A stretch of 64,000 nucleotides of DNA, taken from the NCBI GenBank assembly GCA_964016885.1, contig OZ024740.1, forward strand, positions 342,674,001 to 342,738,000. Reading direction: 5' to 3'. The DNA is from Eledone cirrhosa. Lineage: Eukaryota. The position numbers and the translations under genes are program-made. The notes under the pieces were generated by a model that ran no database searches, was not told the origin of the DNA, and was given only the letters and a program-made list of their open reading frames with translations. Shown here piece by piece: positions 56,560 through 64,000 of the stretch (positions within the stretch are counted from its first letter, which is position 1; the number at the start of each line of letters is the position of its first letter).

Positions 56560-56903
56560 CATGCATGTGCAGTGTAAATGTGCGTGAAAGACCCAGCATG
56601 AATCTGTTGAGAGAGAAACTGTGTCTGAGAGGGATAGAATGTAGTGCATGGGAGAGGAGACTGAGGTGGTATGAACATGTGATGCGCATGGAGGATGACC
56701 GATGGGTGAAGAAGTGCCAGGAAATGCCAGTTGAAGGAAGACGTGGTAGAGGTAGACCACGAAAAACATGGGTGGAGGTGGTGAGAACAGACTTATCGTT
56801 GAAGCTCACTGTGGAGATGACGAAGGACAGATGCTCTGCTAAATAAGACCCGTCCCACCCTTGCAAGCAAAAAAAAGCAGACGTAAAATGATGATGATGA
56901 TGA
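56560..56903 (+). mobile_element. RTE 3' fragment, same subfamily as 25466-25922
   Basis: RLRWYEHV...GRGRPRKTW; (GAT)n tail. Confidence 0.88.
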
Positions 56904-57022
56904 TATATATATACATACATATATATATATAACTTTGAATAACTTTGAAATGTTTCGGCCACTATTGGCCCAGGCCATGTCTAACTTAATAGCACCACCA
57001 TTATATATATATATATATATAT

Positions 57023-57081
<59 letters not shown>

Positions 57082-57276
57082 CATACATATATATATTTAT
57101 ATATATATATATATATATACATACATATATATATTTATATATACATACATATATATATTTATATATACATACATATATATATTTATATATACATACATAT
57201 ATATATTTATATATACATACATATATATAGTTATATATACATACATATATATATATATACATACATATATATATAT

Positions 57277-57443
<167 letters not shown>

Positions 57444-57931
57444 CATATATATATATATATACATACATATATATATTTATATATACATACATATATATAT
57501 TTATATATACATACATACATATATATATATATATACATACATATATATATTTATATATACAAACATATATATATATATATACATACATATATATATTTAT
57601 ATATACATACATATATATATTTATATATACATACATATATATATTTATATATACATACATATATATATTTATATATACATACATATATATATTTATATAT
57701 ACATACATATATATATTTATATATACATACATATATATATTTATATATACATACATATATATATTTATATATACATACATATATATATTTATATATACAT
57801 ACATATATATATATATATACATACATATATATATATATATATACATACATATATATATTTATATATACATACACATATTTATATATACATACATGTATAT
57901 ATATATGTATATATATACATACATGTATATA

Positions 57932-58073
<142 letters not shown>

Positions 58074-58078
58074 CATAC

Positions 58079-58192
<114 letters not shown>

Positions 58193-58220
58193 ATACATAT
58201 ATATATACATATATATATAC

Positions 58221-58351
<131 letters not shown>

Positions 58352-58476
58352 CATACATATATATATATATATACATATATATACATATATATATATATAT
58401 ACATACATATATATACATATATATATATATATACATACATATATATACATATATATATATATACATATATATATAT

Positions 58477-59093
58477 CATCATCATCATCATCAACGTTTA
58501 ACGTCCGTGTTCCATGCTTGCATGGGTTTGGACGGGGGTAGTCCCACTTGAGGCAAGAGTGATTGTCTTGCTCGCATAGGACTGTCTGGCAGGTTTTCTA
58601 CAGTTGGATGCCCTTCCTAACACCAACCACATTTACAGTGTGGGTCTGGGAGGTTTTTACCGTGTTGCCTACACGGCCACATTACAGCGTGGACTGTGTG
58701 TTTTTTTGTCGTGACACCTACACGATCTCATTTGTTTCGGCCTGGATGGCGCGGCACCAACATAACTTTACATAGAACGGGGTGGTGTGGATGGGGTGGG
58801 GGTGGTGGCGGGACGGGGTGTATTTTGTTAGAGATGCCTACTGGCAAGGCGGGTCTTCTCTGTTACTGAGTACCGCCAAAGGTCTCGGTCCAGTGACATT
58901 GTCTTGGAGAGGTGTAAGTGTGTGAGGTCGGAGTTTATCAGCTCATCCCAGGTTTTTCTAGGTCTGCCTATTCCGTGGCTACCGTCTATCTTTATTGCCC
59001 TGCACTTTGTTATACAGCTATCGACTTTCATGCGCATCACGTGTCCATACCAACGCAGCCTTCTCTCGAGTAAACAACATCTGATCCCTCTTA
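58477..59093 (-). mobile_element. 5'-truncated RTE, near-identical to 22213-22815
   Basis: Shares diagnostic [14 protein letters not shown] variants; (AT)n at both ends. Confidence 0.92.
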
Positions 59094-59097
59094 TCTA

Positions 59098-59129
<32 letters not shown>

Positions 59130-59195
59130 CATACATATATATATATATATACATATATATACATACATATATATATATACATACATATATATACA

Positions 59196-59261
<66 letters not shown>

Positions 59262-59294
59262 CATATATATACATACATATATATATATACATAC

Positions 59295-59351
<57 letters not shown>

Positions 59352-59410
59352 CATACATATATATATATACATACATATATATATATATACATACATACAT
59401 ATATATATAT

Positions 59411-59481
<71 letters not shown>

Positions 59482-59500
59482 CATACATATATATATATAT

Positions 59501-59531
<31 letters not shown>

Positions 59532-59577
59532 CATATACATACATATATATATATATATATATACATACATATATATA

Positions 59578-59618
<41 letters not shown>

Positions 59619-59622
59619 ATAT

Positions 59623-59653
<31 letters not shown>

Positions 59654-59659
59654 CATACA

Positions 59660-59695
<36 letters not shown>

Positions 59696-59738
59696 CATAC
59701 ATATATATATATATATACATACATATATATATATATAT

Positions 59739-59785
<47 letters not shown>

Positions 59786-59823
59786 CATATACATACATAT
59801 ATATATATATACATATATACATA

Positions 59824-59863
<40 letters not shown>

Positions 59864-59865
59864 TC

Positions 59866-60215
59866 ATCATTCATCATCATTTCATCATTTCATTTTACGT
59901 CCACTTTTCCCTGCTTGCAAGGGTGGGACGGGAACTGATTCTGGCTTGATTTCTACAGCTGGATGCCCTTCCTAACACCAACCTCATTTACAGTGAGTGC
60001 TGGGTGCTTTTTTGCCGTGGCACCTCCACGACCACTTTGCAGTGGAATGATATGGACCCCAGTCCCTATCATCTCATTTCTACAGCTGAGTAAACTGGAG
60101 CAATGTGAAATAAAGTGTCTTGCTCAAGGAAACAACACATCACCCGGTCTGAGAATTGAACTCACAACCTTTCGATTGCAAGGCCAATGCTCTAACCACT
60201 ATGCCATGTGCCTCC
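59866..60215 (-). mobile_element. Full SINE (tRNA head + RTE tail)
   Basis: Inverse of 41654-41965 with a complete 5' head GGAGGCACATGGCATAGTGGTTAG. Confidence 0.88.
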
Positions 60216-60237
60216 ATATACATATATATATACATAC

Positions 60238-60268
<31 letters not shown>

Positions 60269-60329
60269 CATATATATATATACATACATATATACATACA
60301 TATATATATATACATATATATATACATAC

Positions 60330-60362
<33 letters not shown>

Positions 60363-60371
60363 CATATATAT

Positions 60372-60402
<31 letters not shown>

Positions 60403-60415
60403 CATACATATATAT

Positions 60416-60446
<31 letters not shown>

Positions 60447-60455
60447 CATATATAC

Positions 60456-60596
<141 letters not shown>

Positions 60597-60597
60597 C

Positions 60598-60630
<33 letters not shown>

Positions 60631-60647
60631 CATATATATATACATAC

Positions 60648-60678
<31 letters not shown>

Positions 60679-60717
60679 CATATATATATACATACATATA
60701 TATATATACATATATAT

Positions 60718-60876
<159 letters not shown>

Positions 60877-60882
60877 CATATA

Positions 60883-63229
60883 GTAATAATAATAAAATTG
60901 AAGACTAAAATCCAAAGAGGGCTCGATAAGGAAAATATATATCAAATATATAAGAACCGAAGAGCAAATATTTATTAAAATAACAGATTAAAGTTTAAGC
61001 AAAGAATCGCTGCTTTCACCCTTAACGGGATCTTCTGAAACTAACAAAGTCAATCTGTAAACGCAGAACTGGATATTTGAAAAAACGTTGCAACCGGAGG
61101 AAGACAGGAAGACGATACTTTGGTTCGTGGAAATGTTCGCTGGCAAAGAATGGGAAAAAACGAATAATACGTCATTAATAGGAGCGGTGAAAAACAATTA
61201 CGCGCAAAGACAGAACCACGTTTATGGTATAAAAGAGGTCGTAGACTAATGTTCTCTTAGGTGGTGCATAGAGACGTTCTCTGGCAATGAACGAAAAAAC
61301 GAAGATAATAAGTCATATGTGGAGCATGGAGAACAATAGCACGCAAAGACAAAACCACGTAAATGGTATAGCAGAAGTTGTAGACTAAAATTCTAACTAG
61401 GAGACCAAATGAATCTCCGTTACAGAGTTAAGAACAAAGTAAATAAATCGAGCACATTTTCAACAACCATTCCACTTATTACAATGAAGCTCTTGCTCGA
61501 AGTGGATTTGTCGATAAGGTAGCATATACAGAGTACGAAAATAGACCTAGAAGAAATAGATCCCGTCGCATTTGTTGGTTTAACCCACCATATAATATGG
61601 AGGTGGCCACACCATTAGCTAAGATCTTTCTTTCCCTTATTACGAAGCATTTTCCCCCTACACATAAAGATAGTAAAATTTTTAATAGAAATACTATTAA
61701 CATTTTTTACTCTACGACTCCTAACCTTGCACATAACATCACAGCTTCAAATTTAGCTAAACTACCTAGCCGTAGGAACACGTGCAACCCTGTAGTTAAT
61801 ACTAACTGTAATTGTAGGAATCGGGCTGATTGTGCCCTATCCGGGAAATGCCTCTAGTAACATTGTCTACAAATGTAAGGTTGTAACACCCACGTCCCGT
61901 AGGGCCTACATAGGGTTAACCGCCAATAGTTTCAAGCAGCGTCTTTACATGCATACCCATTCTTTTCGTTACCCTCTAAGAAGGAATATGACGTCACTTT
62001 CAGCTTATATCTGGAGTCTAAAAGACAACCACACCCAATATAAGTTATACTGGGAGATCCTAACTAGGGCTAGATCGTATAACGGAAATAAAAGACCATG
62101 TGACCTCTGCACCGCTGAGGCCCTGGAAATACTCTACGCCACAGACCACATCTTAAACAAAAAATCTGAGGCAATTTCGGCTTGTAAACATAAATTGCAC
62201 AAAACTTTCCTGTATTACAGCCCCACGTTATACCCTAACGGATAGCACGATCTATACGTGGATATTTTACGTCTTGATGTGGGAGCTAAGTATATGTTTT
62301 GTTTATTCCTTTACTTATTTGCATAGGTAAGTATATATTACCCGTATGTTTTGTGAAGGTACGTATATTTGACTGTTATGGCGTATAATTTTTACATATT
62401 CTGGTATGTAGGGTTCGGCTATGTGTATACGGGAGTTTTGCGTCTGCGTGAGTATGCAGGTTCGTACGTATGGTGGGTGTGTGTATATGTGTACTTCTTG
62501 TTTTAGTTGACTTACGTCTCCGAACATTCGTGTATTTATTTGTAGGTATGTGTGTGCGCTTGTTATATACGTATTTATTTACTTATATATGTTTATATAA
62601 TTATTTATTTATTTGTACACAAGCATACACACACACACATATTTATATGTGCGTGGTTTTGTATACCTATGGTAAGGTTTTGCGTATGCTTGTGTATGTA
62701 CATATCTGTTTGCGTGTATGTATTTATTTGTTTCTATTACTTCTGTATTGTATTTATTTACTTTGTTCTTAACTCTGTAGCGGAGATTCATTTGGTCTCC
62801 TAGTTAGAATTTTAGTCTACGATTTCTGCTATACTATTTACGTGGTTTTGTCTTTGCGTGCTATTGTTCTCCACGCTCCACATATGACTTATTATCTTCG
62901 TTTTTTCGTTCATTGCCAGAGAACGTCTCTATGCACCACCTAAGAGAACATTAGTCTACGACCTCTTTTATACCATAAACGTGGTTCTGTCTTTGCGCGT
63001 AATTGTTTTCACCGCTCCTATTAATGACGTATTATTCGTTTTTTCCCGTTCTTTGCCAGCGAACGTTTCCACGAACCAAAGTATCGTCTTCCTGTCTTCC
63101 TTCGGTTGCAACGTTTTTTGAAATATCCAGTTCTGCGTTTACAGATTGACTTTGTTAGTTTCAGAAGATCCCGTTAAGGGTGAAAGCAGCGATTCTTTGC
63201 TTAAACTTTAATCTGTTATTTTAATAAAT

Positions 63230-63231
<2 letters not shown>
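60883..63231 (+). mobile_element. Penelope-like element (GIY-YIG, probably Nematis-like) with ~480-bp inverted pLTRs, each carrying an HHR
   Basis: WFNPPY...CNCR...C.LSGKCL / NIVYKC...AYIGLT..FKQR..H...CDLC..E...LNKKSE, one frameshift near 61855; 60968-61448 is the reverse complement of 62752-63231. Confidence 0.9.
63157..63207 (+). ncRNA. Type-I HHR in the pLTR, CAGAAGA core (mirror copy 60992-61042, -)
   Basis: AGUUU-CAGAAGA-uCCC guuaa GGGu-GAAAGCA..UGCU-U-AAACU. Confidence 0.65.
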
Positions 63232-63294
<63 letters not shown>

Positions 63295-63341
63295 AGTAAG
63301 AAGAAATAGTAGACACAGATATATACGTATTTTTTTTCAAT

Positions 63342-63435
63342 GTCCCGACTGTACAGTTTCGCTGGTCAGTATGCAAAAATCTTATATCATAGAGATGTAA
63401 CATTGTTGTGAGGTAAGCCAGCTTTTCAAGGGAAC
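63342..63435 (-). ncRNA. Type-I HHR, U3-A8 core, large stem-II loop
   Basis: UCCC-UUGAAAA-GCUGG..(~50 nt)..CCAGC-GAAA-CUGUACAG-UC-GGGA. Confidence 0.75.
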
Positions 63436-63582
63436 ACCTCAGGAGAAGAGTGCTTCTAGACACGTCCGTAGCATGCGAGAAAATCTCAAAAAGGCGGAGG
63501 GAGATACTATCACGTGATACACCGGTCACGAAAGGTGTTCCCTACTGTATACATATATGTATGTACGTATACATACTTATAT

Positions 63583-63628
<46 letters not shown>

Positions 63629-63630
<2 letters not shown>

Positions 63631-63763
63631 TTTATTATGGCTAAGGAGTGAGTCGTGTTACTCAGAAGTTTCACCTGTGCACTCGCAGGATCATCAGACA
63701 ATCCTGTGAATGTGCAGGTGAAACTCTAGAATAACAAGACTCGCTATGTAGCCATAATAAATG
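63629..63763. mobile_element. Fold-back HHR unit: HHR on - (63656-63700), core-truncated copy on +
   Basis: UGU-CUGAUGA-uCCUG..CAGGu-GAAAC uucuga GUA-ACA; the inverted arm has GAAACTCTAGA; both arms end in AATAAA. Confidence 0.75.
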
Positions 63764-64000
63764 AATATTTAAATTCTACTTTGGTATTGAGTTGTCTTTC
63801 TCTTTTCTGCCTACTACATACAGAATTGAGAGAGAGTGTGAGAGAGAGAGAGAAGAAATCTCAATGGATGGGACTCATGGAAGAGGCAAACCCAGAAAAA
63901 CATGGGATGAAGTAACAAGAAGAAGCAGCATGTTGTACTAGTGAAGACCTGCCTACATCCGTAAAATGTGATTTTATCCACTATCATTCCTTAGTAGCTA

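Overview
AT-rich eukaryotic DNA. The RTE LINEs, tRNA-derived SINEs and kilobase (AT)n arrays suggest a cephalopod such as Octopus (inference). I reconstructed one spliced minus-strand host gene that the ORF track misses: 9 phase-compatible exons between 51897 and 12122, giving about 296 aa of an ~8-TM protein built from two 4-TM repeats, with the last exon uncertain. Its 29-kb intron and the region upstream are packed with (AT)n/(ATAC) arrays holding 5'-truncated RTE LINEs (with a PHD-like finger downstream of RT), a CR1-like RT, SINEs and Penelope-like elements (PLEs; two GIY-YIG remnants). A DD37D maT transposon, hAT/Tigger/piggyBac MITEs, a Helitron-like element and a Gypsy gag remnant also occur. 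The main unannotated signal is about a dozen minimal type-I hammerhead ribozyme (HHR) motifs from at least 8 sequence-unrelated families. Most lie in short non-coding, often fold-back, units ending in an AATAAA-type tail that runs into (AT)n. Three unrelated families carry the compensatory U3-A8 core; U4C and U4A cores also occur. All poly-Ile/Tyr ORFs are microsatellite artefacts.
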